Shown one piece after another: positions 25,722 to 39,358 of a stretch of 64,000 nucleotides of DNA. Below the pieces are notes generated by a model. That model ran no database searches. It saw only the letters and a list, made by a program, of their open reading frames with translations, and had not been told where the DNA came from. The first letter of the stretch is position 1, and every line of letters starts with the position of its first letter. Source of the stretch: Mobula hypostoma (lineage: Eukaryota); assembly GCF_963921235.1 (NCBI RefSeq), contig NC_086108.1:101372001-101436000 (forward strand), given 5' to 3'. Position numbers and translations under genes: made by a program.

Positions 25722-28700
25722 TCAGAATCAGAATCAGGTTTATTATCACCGGCATGTGGCATGAAATTTGTTAACTTAGCAGCAGCAGTTCAATGCAATA
25801 CATAATATAGAAGAGAGAAAAAAAATAACAATAATAATAATAAATCAATTACAGTATGTGTATATTAAATAGATTTTTAAAATGTGCAAATAACAGAAAT
25901 ACTGTATATGTAAAAAAGTGAGGTAGTGTCCAAGCATTCAATGTCCATTTAGGAATCGGATGGCTGAGGGGAAGAAGCTGTTCCTGAATCGCTGAGTGTG
26001 TGCCTTCAGGCTTCTGTACTTCCTACCTGATGTTAAAAGTGAGAGAAGGGCATGCCCTGGGTGCTGGAGGTCCTTAATAATGGACGCTGCATTTCTGAAA
26101 CACTGCTCCCTGAAGATGTCCTGGGTACTTTGTAGGCTAGTTTCAAGATGAACCTGACTAGATTTACAACCCTCTGCTGCTTCTTTCGGTCCTGTGCAGT
26201 AGCCCCCAATACCAGACAATGATTCAGCCTGTCAGAATGCTCTCCATGGGTACAACTATAGAAGTATTTGAGTGTATTTGTTGACATGGCAAATCTCTTC
26301 AAATTCCTAATGAAGTATAGCTGCTGTCTTGCCTTCTTTATAACTACATCAATATGTTGGGACCAGGTTACATCCTCAGAGATCTTGACACCCAGGAACT
26401 TGAAACTTCTCACTCTCTCGACTTTGGATCCTTCTATGAGGATTGGTATGTGTTCCTTCATTTTACCCTTCCTGAAGTCCGCAATCAGCTCTTTCATCTT
26501 ACTGATGTAGAGTGCCAGGTTGTTGCTGTGGCAACAGTCCACTAGTTGGCATATATCACTCCTGTACGCCCTCTCGTCACCACCTGAGACTCTACCAACA
26601 ATGGTTGTATCATCAACAAATTTATAGATGGTATTTGAGCTATGCCTAGCCACCCAGTCATGTGTATTTAGAGAGTAGATTAGTGGGCTAAGCACACACC
26701 CCTGAGGTGCGCCAGTGTTGATCATCAGCAAGGAGGATATGCTATCACTAATCCACACAGATTGTGGTCTTCTGGTTAGGAAGTTGAGGATCCAATTGCA
26801 GAGGGAGGTACAGAGGCTCAGGATCTGCAACTTCTTAATCAAGTTTGTGGGAATGATGGTATTAAATGCTGAGCTATAGTCGATGAACAGCATCCTGACA
26901 TAGGTGTTTGTATTGTCCAGGTGGTCTAAAGCCGTGTGGAGAGCCATTGAGATTGTGTCTGCCAGTGACCTATTGTGGCGATAGGCAAATTGCAATGGGT
27001 CCAGGTCCTTGCTGAGGCAGGAGTTCAGTTTAGTCATGACCAACCTCTCAAAGCATTTCATCACTGTTGATGTGAGTGCTACCGGGCAATAGTCATTAAG
27101 GCAGCTCACATTATTCTTCTTAGGCACTGGTATAATTGTTGCCTTTTTGAAGCAAGTGGGAACTTCTGCCCATAGCAGTGAGAAGTTGAAAATGTCCTTG
27201 AATACTCCGGCTGGTTGGTTTGAACAGGTTTTCAGAGCCTTTCCAGGTACTCCATCAGGATTTTCCGCCTTGCGAGGGTTCACTCTCTTTAAAGACAGCC
27301 TAACATCGGCCTCCGAGACAGAGATCACATGATCATCAGGTTCAGCAGAGATCTTCACAGCTACATTTGTGTTCTTCATTTCAAAGCGGGCATAGACGGC
27401 ATTGAGTTCCTCTGGTAGTGAAACATCGCTGCCATTCATGCTATTGGGTTTCACTTTGTAAGAAGAAATGTCTTGCAAACCCTGTCAGAGTTGCTGTGCA
27501 TCCGATGTCACCTCTAACCTCATTCAAAGTAGTCTCTTCGCCCTTGAAATAGCCCTCTGCAAATCATACCTGGTTTTCTGATAGAGGCCTGGGTTGCCAG
27601 ACTTTAATGCCACAGATCTAGCCTTCAGCAGACGAGATACCTCCTGGTTCATCCATGGCTTTTGGTTTGGGAATGTACAGTAAGTTTTTGTAGGCACACA
27701 CTCATCCACACAGGTTTTAATGAAGTCAGTAAGAACTGCAGCATACTCATACAGGTTCAAAGATAAATCACTGAATACAGTGCAGTCCACCGATTCAAAG
27801 CAGTACTGTATGCGCTCCTGTGCTTCCCTTGTCCATATCTTCTTGGTCCTCTCTGCTGGTGCTGCAGTCTTCAGTCTCTGCCTATACGCAGGGAATAGAA
27901 GGACAGCCAGGGGATCAGACTTCCTGAAGTGAGGGCGTGGAATAGGATGATAGGAATTCTTGATGGTGGTGTAGCAATGGTCCAGTGTGTTGTTTCCTCT
28001 GGTATTGCAAGTGATCTGTTGATGGTAGTTGCTTAGTGATTTTTTTCAGATTGGCCTGGTTAAAATCCCCCAAAACGATGGTGAAGGCATTGGATTCCGC
28101 TGGTTCATGCATGTTGATCCCATTGCTCAGATCACCTAAAGCCTGCTTGACATTGGCCTGAAGTGGAATGCATACTGCTACCAAAACGACCCCAGAGAAA
28201 TCCCGTAGTAGCTAAAAAGGATGGCACTTAACCGCTAGATATTCCAGGTCTGCTGTGCAGAACTGGCAGCACTGATATATTTGTGCACCAAGAAGAGTTG
28301 GTCATGAGGCATACTCCTCCACTTCTGCTTTTGAGAGACTCTATAGATCTATCCTGGCGGTGAATAGTAAACCCGTAGATCTGAATCATTGCATCCGGAG
28401 TACAGAAGGGGTTAACCAGGATTCCTTGGAACAAAGGACACACATGGTCCTAATGTCCCTTGATTCAGCACCCTTGGTCTGAGATCATCGACTTTATTCA
28501 CCAGAGACTGCATGTTTGCCAGCAAGGTAGTTGGTATAGGGAGTTTAAGACCCCTTTTCCTTAAGCGCACTTGTAACCCTGCTCAGCATCCGCGCTTCCT
28601 CCGAGGTAACCTATGTGGGTGCTTCCAACCACAATCGGTGTTGTTTCTGTCAGTTTTAAGCAGCGATAGTTCGTTTAAATGCATTAAGACATCTTTGTTG

Positions 28701-28765
28701 ACTGTACTGACCTTGGAAGCAGTTGTGTTTTATAGCTGTATCAAGCTGAAACGGGAATATTTAAT
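25722..28765 (-). mobile_element. Long Rex1/Babar-like LINE (APE and RT), decayed
   Basis: 481-aa RT ORF with PVALTSTVMKCFERLV, LDPLQFAYR, FIDYSSAFNTI, GAPQGCVLSP, KFVDDTT; upstream GDFNQA endonuclease remnants; (TTCTGA)n tail. Confidence 0.9.
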
Positions 28766-28939
28766 CATGTCACATATTTATTATGTGACAATTGGATTGG
28801 GAATGGGGAAATACTGATCGTGTTCATCTGAGACCTGGCATAGACACAACGGGTAAAATGTCCTTTTTCTATGTTATAGAAATAAGAGATAGGAGAAATA
28901 TCATACCAATAGCTAAACATTGTGAAAAGTGTTAACAAT

Positions 28940-29232
28940 CTGCATGTCACTCTATTGTAATGCCAGTGAACCAGGTTCAATTTTTCTGCTGTCTGTGGGG
29001 AGTTTGTACATTCTCCCCAAGACTGCCTGGGTTTCCTCTGCTTCTCCAATTTCCTTCCTCATTCCAAAGAAGTACAGTCGGGGTTAGTGAGTTGTAGCCA
29101 TGCCATATTGGTGCTGGAAGCACGGTGAGACATGTGAGCTGCCCCAGCACATCTTCAGATGAAGCAAAATGACACATTTCACTCTATGTTTCAAAGTACA
29201 GGTGATAAATGAAGCTGATCTTTATCTTTATC
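28940..29232 (+). mobile_element. V-SINE-type SINE, degenerate
   Basis: GGAGTTTGTACATTCTCCCC...TGGGTTTCCTC...TTCCAAAG central V-domain-like block. Confidence 0.6.
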
Positions 29233-30008
29233 ATCAGAGAATGGATGAGACTGACAGTGAGTGGAAATGGTTTTCAGTTTTTACACAACTATTTGAGATC
29301 TTTTTCCAGCAGATTAGCACCCTAGTGTTAGCAAACTTTAGGATAGGATATTTCGGAGTAAGCTAATGTTAACCCCTTACTAAATCCTGCCACTGTCTGT
29401 AAGGAATTTGTAGCTCTTCCCGTGACTGCATGGTTTTCCTCCGGTGCTGCGGTTTCCTACCACATTCCAAAGATGTGTGGTTTAATTTTTTTTTAACTAC
29501 CTATTATGCCACAGGTGTTTTGGGAAGCAATGAACGTCCTCCATTTCTGTTATTGTTCGGGGGTTCCTTCTTCATGTCAGTAGCTTCCTTTTGGTTTTCA
29601 GTATTGTCAATCATACAAATCCCAGGTGGAGACTCTGGAATACTATCACAGTCAGATGTTTCTGTAACAATTTTGTTTTACCAGTCAGGGTTGTTAGCCC
29701 TGAGCTGAACCCCCAAAACTGGGACCATTCTTAATCTGACCTGCTTGGCCTGGGTGAATCTACCAAGAGCTAAAGCATGAAGCCCCGACTCCATCCAGCA
29801 TAGCTTTCTGCGTCATTGAGGCATGCCAGCCTCAAAGCCCAATGAGAGGGTTGTGGTCCTCTTGGAGGAAAGGTGTGTGGGTTAGTAGGTTAATTGGTTG
29901 CATGGGTACAGTTGTGTCAGAAAAGCCTGTTACTGTGCAGTATCTCAAAATAAAATTTAAAAAAAAATTATTGCATTGTATTGAAAAAATACACTTCCTT
30001 TCCTACAG

Positions 30009-30117
30009 AACAATTGTTTGTTCATGAATGGGCCCATCTCCAGTGGGGCGTATTTAATGAATATGATGATCAGGTGCCCTTTTACAGATCTAATGATGGA
30101 ATCATTGAGGCAACAAG
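30009..30117 (+). CDS. CLCA: CLCA coding exon 4, zinc-metalloprotease motif (EQLFVHEWAHLQWGVFNEYDDQVPFYRSNDGIIEATR)
   Basis: Absent from the ORF track and read manually; cttcctttcctacag| acceptor, AG|gtgagg donor; 109 nt, phase 1/2; HEWAH at 30023-30037. Confidence 0.95.
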
Positions 30118-30999
30118 GTGAGGAACTTCAGTTTTTTTTTTGCATATCATAGTCAATTTACCTCCATCCTTCTCCAACCCAGCTAATTTTGCATCATTTT
30201 TTTAAATAGTTATCATTTCCCAGTGCTGATATAATTTCACGGTTAACCAGGTGTCCTTCTCTACAATGCTGATGGACCTTTTGAGAATTTCTGGCACTGG
30301 TTAATTTATTGCAGATTTAATCTGTGTTTTTTAATGGCTTATGGATAAGAAACACTTAATTTTGATAGCAACTGACAACCAAGGTGTTGAAATTCTTCCC
30401 AACCTATTAATATTACTAGAATATTAACTGATGTTACTTCACACATAATGTGAGAGGAACTCAGCTGGTCAGGCAGCATCTGTGAAGAAAAATAAACAGT
30501 CGATTTTTCAGGCTGAAACCCTTCATGTGATAAGACTGCTGAATGGATCCTGACTGTTTTTTTTGCACTACTTTACTTCCCATTTTTCTATTTTCTATTT
30601 ATGATTTATAATTTAAATTTTTAGTATTTACTAATTTTAACTATTTTTAATATCTTTAATATTTAATATTTGCAATCCAGTGAGTGTGAAGCACAGAATC
30701 AAATATCACTGTGATGATTGTACGTTCTAGTACCAATTGTTTGGCGACAATAAAGTATAAAGTATTTGTCCAGCATGTTTGTGTTACTTTGGATTTCCAG
30801 CATCAGCAGAATCTCTTGTGTTTATGCTGTAATTATGACTGTGTTGAGGTATCTAGCTGTGGAGCACAAATTGACCAGAACTTTCTATTGGATTGTAGAT
30901 GTGCACACATTAATAAGGCTTTTATTAATGATTGCAAACCAGTTTCCTACAACATAGTTAGTCCCTGATGTAACAGAAGGAATGTCTGTACTGTATATG

Positions 31000-32850
31000 C
31001 ATACCGTAAAAGAGAGAGGAATACTAGGTAGAAGGTAGGACCATTCAAGGACAAAGGAAAACCTCTATGCCAAGAGCCAGAGGAAGCTGGTGTGGTACTA
31101 AATGAGTACTTTGCATTGGTAACCAGTTAGGAAAAGGACATGGAAGACAGTGAGATCAGAGCGAGGTATGTTAATATTTCAGAGCATGTTGATATGAAGA
31201 ACCATGGGGTGTTAGGTCTCTTGAGGAACATTAAGGTGGATAAATTCCCAGAGATGGGATCTATCCTGGATTATTAACAGGGGCAAGAAAGAAGAATGCT
31301 GCGGCCTTGAACAAGATGTTTGTATACTTTCCAGCCATATGTGATGTCCCATAAAACTGGAGAATAGTCATTGTTGAGCCTTTGCTTATGAATAGCAATC
31401 AGTGATCTGGCAAAGTACAAGCAGGTGAGTCTCACATCAATGTAGGGCAAGCTATTGGAGAGAATTCTTAGGTATAGGATTTATTCCTATTGGAAAATGA
31501 GGATTTATTTGGATAGTCTGCATGAATTTGTTCAGGGCAGGCCATGTCTTATGAAATTGGCTGAGTTCTTTGAGGAGGTGGCAAAGGTGATTGATGAGGG
31601 TGGCCCAGGGAATGTTGTCAGCATGGATTTTAGTACATCAGCAACACAAGAGATTCTGCAGATGTTGCTCTGGAGTTTCATGGTAGGCTGATCCAAAAGG
31701 TTAAGGCACATGGGACTGATGATGGTAGGACAATAAATTCTGTCTACATGGACCACAAGTTCCACTGATTGGAAGTCTGTGATTAGAGGTGTTCTGCAGG
31801 GATCAATGTTGGGACGTTCATCATTTATGATCTATATAAATTACTTGGACAAGATCTCCACTAAGGACACAGCAATCTCCTTTCTTGCCTCTGTCAATAG
31901 TCTAGTTTAGATTTCATCCCTGCGGATTTATCCAGCTTAATGTTCTTCAAGAGACCTAACACGTTGTGCATCTTGACATCAACCTTCTCTTAATACCAAC
32001 ATGCCCTGCACTGATCTCATGGTCTTCCATGTTATTCTCCATGCTGGACACCATCATAGTATTCATTTAGTACCTTCCCAAATTCCTCTGACTCCTAGCA
32101 TAATCTCTCTTCCTCGTCCTTGAATGGTTCTACCTTTTACTCGGTGGGAAGTCATGTTCTAGCTGTATAAATGCTTGGTTAGGTCACATTGGGAATACTG
32201 TGTGCAGTTCTGGTCATCACATTTAAGGAAGGGTGTGGAGGATTTGGAGAGAGTGTTGAAGAAGTTAATCAGGTCGTTGCCCAAATCAGCTAAACGTGTA
32301 GGCTGGAAAACTTGTGATTTTTTTTCTGGAGTTGACCAGATAAAAGTTTATAAAACCATAAGCTGCATAGATAGGTTACACAAGATATCCTGCAGATGCT
32401 GGAAGTCTGGACACCCACAAGATGCTGGAGGATCTAAAAAGGTTAGGTAGCATCTGTGGAGAAAAATAAATAGTTTAAATTTCAGGCCTTAATTGCCACA
32501 GACAGCTGTGGAGGCCAAATCATTGGGAATATTTAAATGGAGATTGATAGATTTTTGATTCAAAAACATGAAATTAGAATGTCCCTTTAGGACAGAGAGG
32601 AATTGCAATTTCTTTAGCCAAAGGATAGTGAATCTGTGGAATTTGTTGCCACAGGCATCTGTGAAGGCGAAGTCATTGGGTATGTTTAAAAAGTTAATAG
32701 GTTCTTGATCAGTAAGAACATCAAAAGTTATGGGGAGAAGGTAGGAGAATGGGGTTGAGAGGGATAATAAATCAGACAGATTAGAAAACTGGAGCAGACT
32801 TGATAGGCCATAGGCCTAATTCTGTTCCAAGGTTTTAAGGTCTTATCACC
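31000..32850 (+). mobile_element. Old, rearranged CR1 fragments, including an inverted piece at about 31855-32140
   Basis: EFFEEVAKVIDEG, EYCVQFWS remnants; many stops. Confidence 0.65.
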
Positions 32851-33726
32851 TCATGGTGTTATGGGACAAAACAACACTCACAACATGTTGGAGGAACTCA
32901 GCATAGGCAGGATAGGTGAAGAAGGAATAGGGGAAAGCACAATGGGTAGTAGAAGGAGGTGGAACCATGAGGGAGGTGATAGGCAGCTGGAGACAGGGGC
33001 AGAGTGAAACTGGGATGGGGGAAGGAAGGGGGAAGGAACTACCGGAAGTTGGAGAATTTAATGTTCATGCCCAGGGGCTGGAGACTACCCAGACAGTATA
33101 TGAGGTATTGCTCCTCCAACCTGAGTTTATCCTCATCATGGCAGTAGGGACACCTTTACTGGATATCATTAAGGGTCTTGGCCCAAAATGTCGACTGTTT
33201 ATATCCCTTCATAGATGCTGCCTGACCTGCTGAGCTCCTCCAGCATTTTATGTGTGTGTGTTGCATAGATAACGTAAATTGTTAGTTTTTTTCCCCAGGG
33301 TGAAAATGTCAAATAACAGAGCATAGTTTTAATGTTAGAAAGAGAAAGTTCACAGGAAATGTGAGAACTAAGATGCTTTTAACGAAGAGAATGGTAGGTG
33401 CCTGGTATATTCTGTTGGCAAGCTGGTAGAAGCAGATACAATAGTGAATTGGAGAGGCATTTGGACATGCAGCCAATGAAGGGGGTAGAGATCATGTGCA
33501 GACAGATGGGATTTGTTTAATTTGGCATCATGTTTGGCAGTGACAATGTGGGCTGAAGTGCCTGTTCCTGTGCTGAGCTCTTCTGTGTTCGATGTATACC
33601 TCCCAACTGAGGGAAAGTCCAATTCTCGGGCTCTTCTAATAAAGCTGGCACACAATTACTCAATGGTTAGTTATAGAAATGTCACTCAGAAACAAATCTG
33701 ATTTATTTTTGTCATTGGTCTTTCAG

Positions 33727-33892
33727 GTGTTCAAAGGTGATAAAAGGAGTTATTAAAGATTGTAGTAGCGGTGACTGTTTAGACTGTACCGTTAATAAAA
33801 AGACAGGATTGCCAGATGGATATTGTACATTTTATCCAGAGAAGAACCAGGATGCATCATCTTCAATAATGTATAATCAAGGATTGGAGAAT
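33727..33892 (+). CDS. CLCA: CLCA coding exon 5, Cys-rich region (CSKVIKG...CSSGDCLDC...CTFYPEKNQDASSSIMYNQGLEN)
   Basis: cttttcag| acceptor, AAT|gtaagt donor; 166 nt, phase 2/0. Confidence 0.93.
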
Positions 33893-35760
33893 GTAAGTAG
33901 AGTTACAGTTGATCACTGCAGGACATTGTTAAGGCAATATCCCAGGCCAGCCTGAGTTCAGCTGCTTCAGAATCAGGTTTATTGCTTCAATTTAAAGTTT
34001 ATTGTCACTGAACTGTACACGTGTATACCTCGCTAAACTGAACCATATTCCTCCACATTCAACCACACACTACATATAGCCCACACAGAACACACAAAGT
34101 AATATTACCACAAATAAATTAACAAACACCAAAATATATTCCAGGTGATTGACATCTGGCATAAAATGCATTTACAACACAAGTCACATACAGTATAAGC
34201 GGCCTAATGCTACTGAGGTGTTATATGTGAAGAGACTTGGTTGGTAGTAGGGAGTTCAGTCATCTCACAGCCTGGGGGGTGAAGCTGTTCCCCATCCTAA
34301 CAGTTGCTGTCCTAATTTGTGCCTGACGGTAGGGGTCAGAGAGATGATGGGATAGGTGAGAGGGATCCCTGACAATGCTAAGAGCTCTGCGTATACAGCA
34401 TTTCAGATAAGTATCTCAGTTGGGTGGAAGAGAGACCTCAATGATCTCAGTAGTCCTCACAATCCTTTGTAGGGTCTTGTGTTGAAGTGCCTTGCAAATC
34501 CATACCAGATGGTGATGTATCTTTTCACGGTACTCTCGAAGATGCTCCTGTAAATATTAGCAGTGTGAACAGCAGAGGGTTGAGCATGCAGCCACGTGGA
34601 TGGGTGTTGGCGCCAGTGCTCAGTGTGATAGGGCTAGAGGTGTTGCTGCCAACACAGACTGTCTGTGATCTTTGTGTCAAGAACTCCAAGATCCAGTTAC
34701 AGAGAAATGCTGAGACCCTATGAGGACAGTTTACTCACCAGCTTCTGGGGGATGATTAAATTAGACACTGCTCTGATGTCGATAAGCAGCGTCTTGTCAC
34801 GAGACACAATTTTAAAAGTGGGACAGGGCAGAGCTGAGGATAGAGACTATTAGCACTGACATATGCTATGAAATTTGTTGTTTTGCAGCAGCAGTGCATT
34901 GCAATATATAAAAAATATAGAAAAAAAATCAAAATAGTGAGGTAGTGTTAATGAGTTCATGAAACATTCAGAAACATTGAGTGTGGTTCTTCAGGCTCCT
35001 GTGCCTCCAGCTGGATGGTAATAATGAGAAGAGGGCATGTTCCAGATTGTGAGGGTTCTTAAAGATGGGGGTCACCCTCTTGAGGCACCGCTCTCTAAAG
35101 ATGTCCTCTATCCAGAGTTCAAAGACAAAGGAGACTTATTAAAAATATACCTACATGTCACCACCCTCAGATGATTTTCCTTGTGGGCATTCATAGTAAA
35201 TACGAAGAAACACAATAGTATCAATGACAATCTACACGCAAAGATGGACAGACAACCAATAAGAACAAGACATCAAATTGTGCAAAGGTAAAAAAGAAAA
35301 AACAAGAAATAAATAAACAAATTAATTAATTAATATTGAGAACAAGAGTTGTAGAATCCTTAAAAGTGAGTCCATAGGTTGTGGAATCAGTTCAGTGTTG
35401 AGTGAGTGAATTTACTCACTCTGTTTTAGGAGATTCATGGTTGAAGGGAATAACTGTTCTTGGACCTGGTGTTGTGGGACTTACAGTTCTTACATCTCCT
35501 ACCTGATGGCTACGGCATGAAGGGAGCAGGGCCTGGATGGTGGGGATTCTTGATTGTGGATGCTGCTTTCTTGCGACAGTGCTCCTTGTAGATGTGCTCA
35601 ATGGTGTGGAGGATTTTACCTGAGATGGACTGGGCTGGACCCATTATTTTTGTAGGCCTTTCCATTCAAGGGCATTGGTGTTTCTATACTACACCATGAT
35701 GCAACCAGTCAGTATACCCTCCACCGTCCATCTAGAGAAGTTTATTAAAGTTTTATGTAC

Positions 35761-36408
35761 TTAGATTATGAGGGCACTCAGTCCTCGTTTATTGTCATTT
35801 AGAAATGCATGCATTAAAAAATCATAAAATGTTCCTCCAGAATGATATCACAAGAAAACACAGGACAAACCAAGACTAAAACTGACAAAACCACATAATT
35901 ATAACATATAGTTACAACAGCGCAAAGCAATACCATAATTTGATAAAGAGCGGACCATGGGCACGATAAAAATGGTCTCAAAGTCCCGATGGACCCATCA
36001 TCTCATGCAGGTGGCTGAAGGGAGAAACTCTCCCTGTCATGAACCTCCAAGCATCATTGGAAGCACCCAACCGCAGCGGACTCCGAGTCCGTCTGAAAAC
36101 TTCGAGCCTCCAGCCAGCCCCTCTGACACAGCCTCTCCGAGCACCATCCTCTGCCGAGAGCTTCAACCCTGCCCGCCGAGCAACTAGCAAAGCCGAGGAC
36201 TCGGGGCCTTCTCCTCCAGAGATCCTGGACCACACAGTATCAGCAGCAGTGAAGCACGCACTTCAGAAGTTTCACCAGCTGTTCCTCCGTGCTCTCACGT
36301 CCGTCTCCATCAAATCAGGATTGTGCACAGCACTCTACTTAACAAATAACAGACATCACCACTGGAGTGGCCGCTGCAAGCTGTGTCGCGTCGCCATCTT
36401 CTCCTCCC
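35761..36408 (-). mobile_element. Non-coding, non-autonomous LINE-related element (~650 bp)
   Basis: Minus strand starts GGAGGAGAAGATGGCG and ends AATAAA...ATAATCTAA; CpG-rich, no LINE ORF; nested in a Rex1-like copy. Confidence 0.55.
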
Positions 36409-36417
36409 ACCGATAAA

Positions 36418-37954
36418 AACTTTGCTTCAGTATTCACTATGGAAAAGGATCTTGGTGATTGTAGAGATGACTTGCAGCAGACTGAAAAGCTTGAGCATGT
36501 AGATATTAAGGAAGAGGATTTTCTGGAGCTTTTGGAATGCATCAAGTTGGATGAGTCACTGGGAATGGATAGCATGTACCCTAGGCTACTGTAGGAAGTG
36601 AGGGAGGAGATTGCTGAGCCTCTGGTGATGATCTTTGCATCATCAATGAGGACAAAAGAGGTTCCGGAGGATTGGAGGGATGCAGATGTTGTTCTCTTAT
36701 TCAAGAAAGGGAGTAGGGATAGCTCTGGAAATTATAGATCAGTGAATCTTACTTCAGTGGTTGGTAAGTTGATGGAGAAAATCTTGAGAGGCAGGATTTA
36801 TGAATATTTGGAGAGGCGTAATAGGATTAGGAATAGTCAGCATGGCTTTGTCAAAGACAGGTCATGCCTTACGAGCCTGATTGAATTTTTTGAGGATGTG
36901 ACTAAACACATTGATGAAGGTAGAGCAGTAGATGTAGTGGATAGGGGTTTCAACAAGGCATTTGATAAGGTATCCCATGCAAGCCTTATTGAGAATGTAA
37001 GGAGGCATGGAATCCAAAGGGACCTTGCTTTGTGGATCCAGGATTGGATTGCCCACTGAAGGCAAAGAGTGACTGTAGATGGGTCATATTCTGCATGGAG
37101 GCCGGTGACCAGTGTGTATAGTGTGGAGGGCTGACAGAGGTTGCAGCGGGATATTGATAGGATGCAAAACTGGGCTGAGAAGTGGCAGATGGAGTTCAAC
37201 CCATGTAAGTGTGAAGTGGTTCATTTTGGTGGGTCAAATATGATGGCAGAATATAGTATTAATGGCAAGACTCTTTGCAGTGTGGAAGATCAGAGGAATC
37301 TTGGGGTCCAAGTCCTTTGGACACTCAAAGCTGCTATGCATATGGTGCATTGGCCTTCATCAAGCATGGGATTGAGTTTAAGAGCCAAGAGGTTATGTTG
37401 CAGTTCTATAGGACCCTGGTCAGACCCCACTTGGAGTACTGTGCTCAAATCTGGTCGCCTCACTACAGGAAGGACGTGGAAACCATAGAAAGGGTGCAGA
37501 GGAGATTTATAAGGAAGTTGCCTGGATTGGGGAGCATGCCTTATGAGAATAGACTGAGGGAACTCAGCCTTTTCTCCTTGGAGCGACGGAGGATGAGAGG
37601 TGACCTGATAGAGGTGTAAAAGATAATGAGAGGCATTGATCTTGTGGATAGTCAGAGGCTTTTTCCCAGGGCTGAAATGGCTAGCACGAGAGGGCATGGT
37701 TTTAAGGTGCTTGGAAGCAGGTACAGAGATGTCAGGGGTAAGTTTTTTACACAGAGAGTGGTGAGTGCATGGAATGGGCTGCCGACAACAGTGGTGGAGG
37801 TAGAAACGATAGGGTCTTTTAAGAGACCCCTCAATGGGTACATGGAGCTTAGAAAAATAGAGGGCTATGGTTAAGCCTAGGTAGTTCTAAGGTAGGGACA
37901 TGTTCGGCACAGCTTTGTGTTGTGCTGCAGGTTTTCTATGTTCTATGTTTCTAT
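36418..37954 (+). mobile_element. CR1 LINE 3' part, same family as 6260-8117
   Basis: NYRSVNLTSVVGK, WAEKWQMEF, RGDLIEV; (TTCTATG)n tail. Confidence 0.88.
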
Positions 37955-39215
37955 GACATGCTGAATCTTCACAAACTTCGAGGAAAGCCAAGGTGCTGCT
38001 GTGCCTGCTTTGTAATGACAGTGATGTGCTGAACTCAGGGCAGATCCTCTGAAATGATAACGCCAATCAATTTAAAGTTACTGACCCTCTCCACTACTGA
38101 TTCCCTGATGATGACCGGCTCATAGACCTCAGGTTTCCTCCTCCTGTATTCAATAACCAACTCTTCGGTTTTGCTGATGTTGTGTGAGTGTTTGTTGTTG
38201 TGGCACCACTATTCATCCAAAATTTCAATCTCCCTCTTATATTCTGATTTGTCACCCCCTTTGATTTGGCCAACAGCAGTGGTGTTGTCAGCAAACTTAA
38301 TATGGCATTGGAGCTGTACTTAGCCTCACAGTCATAAGTATAAAGTGAGTAGAGCAAGGGGTAAGCACAAACTCTGTGGTACACTTGTGCTCATGGTGAT
38401 TGTGGAAGTGGTGTTATGACCAATGGACTGAAATCTGCAAGTGAGGAAATCAAGGATCCAGTTGCTCAAAAAAGTATTGAGGCAAAGGTCTTGGAGCTTA
38501 TTGATTAGCTTTGAAGGGGAGATAATGTTGACTGCAGAGCTCTGGTCAATGGAGAGCATCCTGGTGTATGCACCTTCACCATCCAGATGTTCCAGGGTTA
38601 AATGCAGTGCCCATGAAATGGCATCTGCTCCGGCCCTGTTGTGACAGTAAACAAATTGGAGTGGATCCAAGCTGTTTCTCAGGCAGGAGTTGATGTGCTT
38701 CATCAAACTCTCAAAGCATTCCATCACAGTGGACGTACTGGACAATAGTCATTGAGACAGGTTGCTGTGTTCTTCTTAGCATCAGTAAATTTGAAGTCTG
38801 CTTGAAAAAGGAGGGTATCTCAGACTTCCATAGTGAGAGGTTAAAGATATCAGTAAACACTCCAGCCAGTTGATTAGCACAGGTCTTCAGTTCTTGTCCA
38901 AGTATACCACCTGGGCCAAATGCTCTCCGTGGGTTCACCCTCCTTAAGGAAATTCTTATGTCGTCCTCAAAGACTGAAATCACAGGGTCATCGGGGACTG
39001 CGGAAGTTGTTGAAGATGCCTCCATGTTCTGTCACACATAGTGAACATAAAATGAACTCTCATCTGGAACTCTCATTTTTTGTCACATATTTCGCTGGGT
39101 TTTACTTTGTAGAAGGTGATAGCGTTCAAGCCTTTCCACATCTGTCGAGCATCCCTCTGTGATTCAAGTTTGGTCTGGAATTAACACTTCGCATGTGAGG
39201 TGGCTCTCTAGAGGT
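37955..39215 (-). mobile_element. Rex1/Babar-like LINE remnant (3' part continues at about 35400-35755)
   Basis: [29 protein letters not shown]. Confidence 0.75.
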
Positions 39216-39358
39216 GGTACCTGGACTTCCTGTACTGTTGAGGAGGCTAGTGCCCAGGATGGAGCTGGCTGAGCCCATAACTCTCTGCACTTTTCTCCAA
39301 TCCTGTGCATTGGTACCTCCATACCAGGCGGTGATGCAACCAGTCAGAAATTTGCTAG

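Noticed and set aside
26033..27478. 481-aa ORF as a host or domesticated RT gene
   Set aside because: It is part of a decayed Rex1/Babar-like LINE: the upstream endonuclease region is broken, the C-terminus is frameshifted, and a typical LINE tail follows.
31855..32140. Inverted CR1 segment as a functional hairpin with about 31020-31320
   Set aside because: The arms are heavily diverged and fit an old rearranged or independent CR1 fragment; no exon lies between them.
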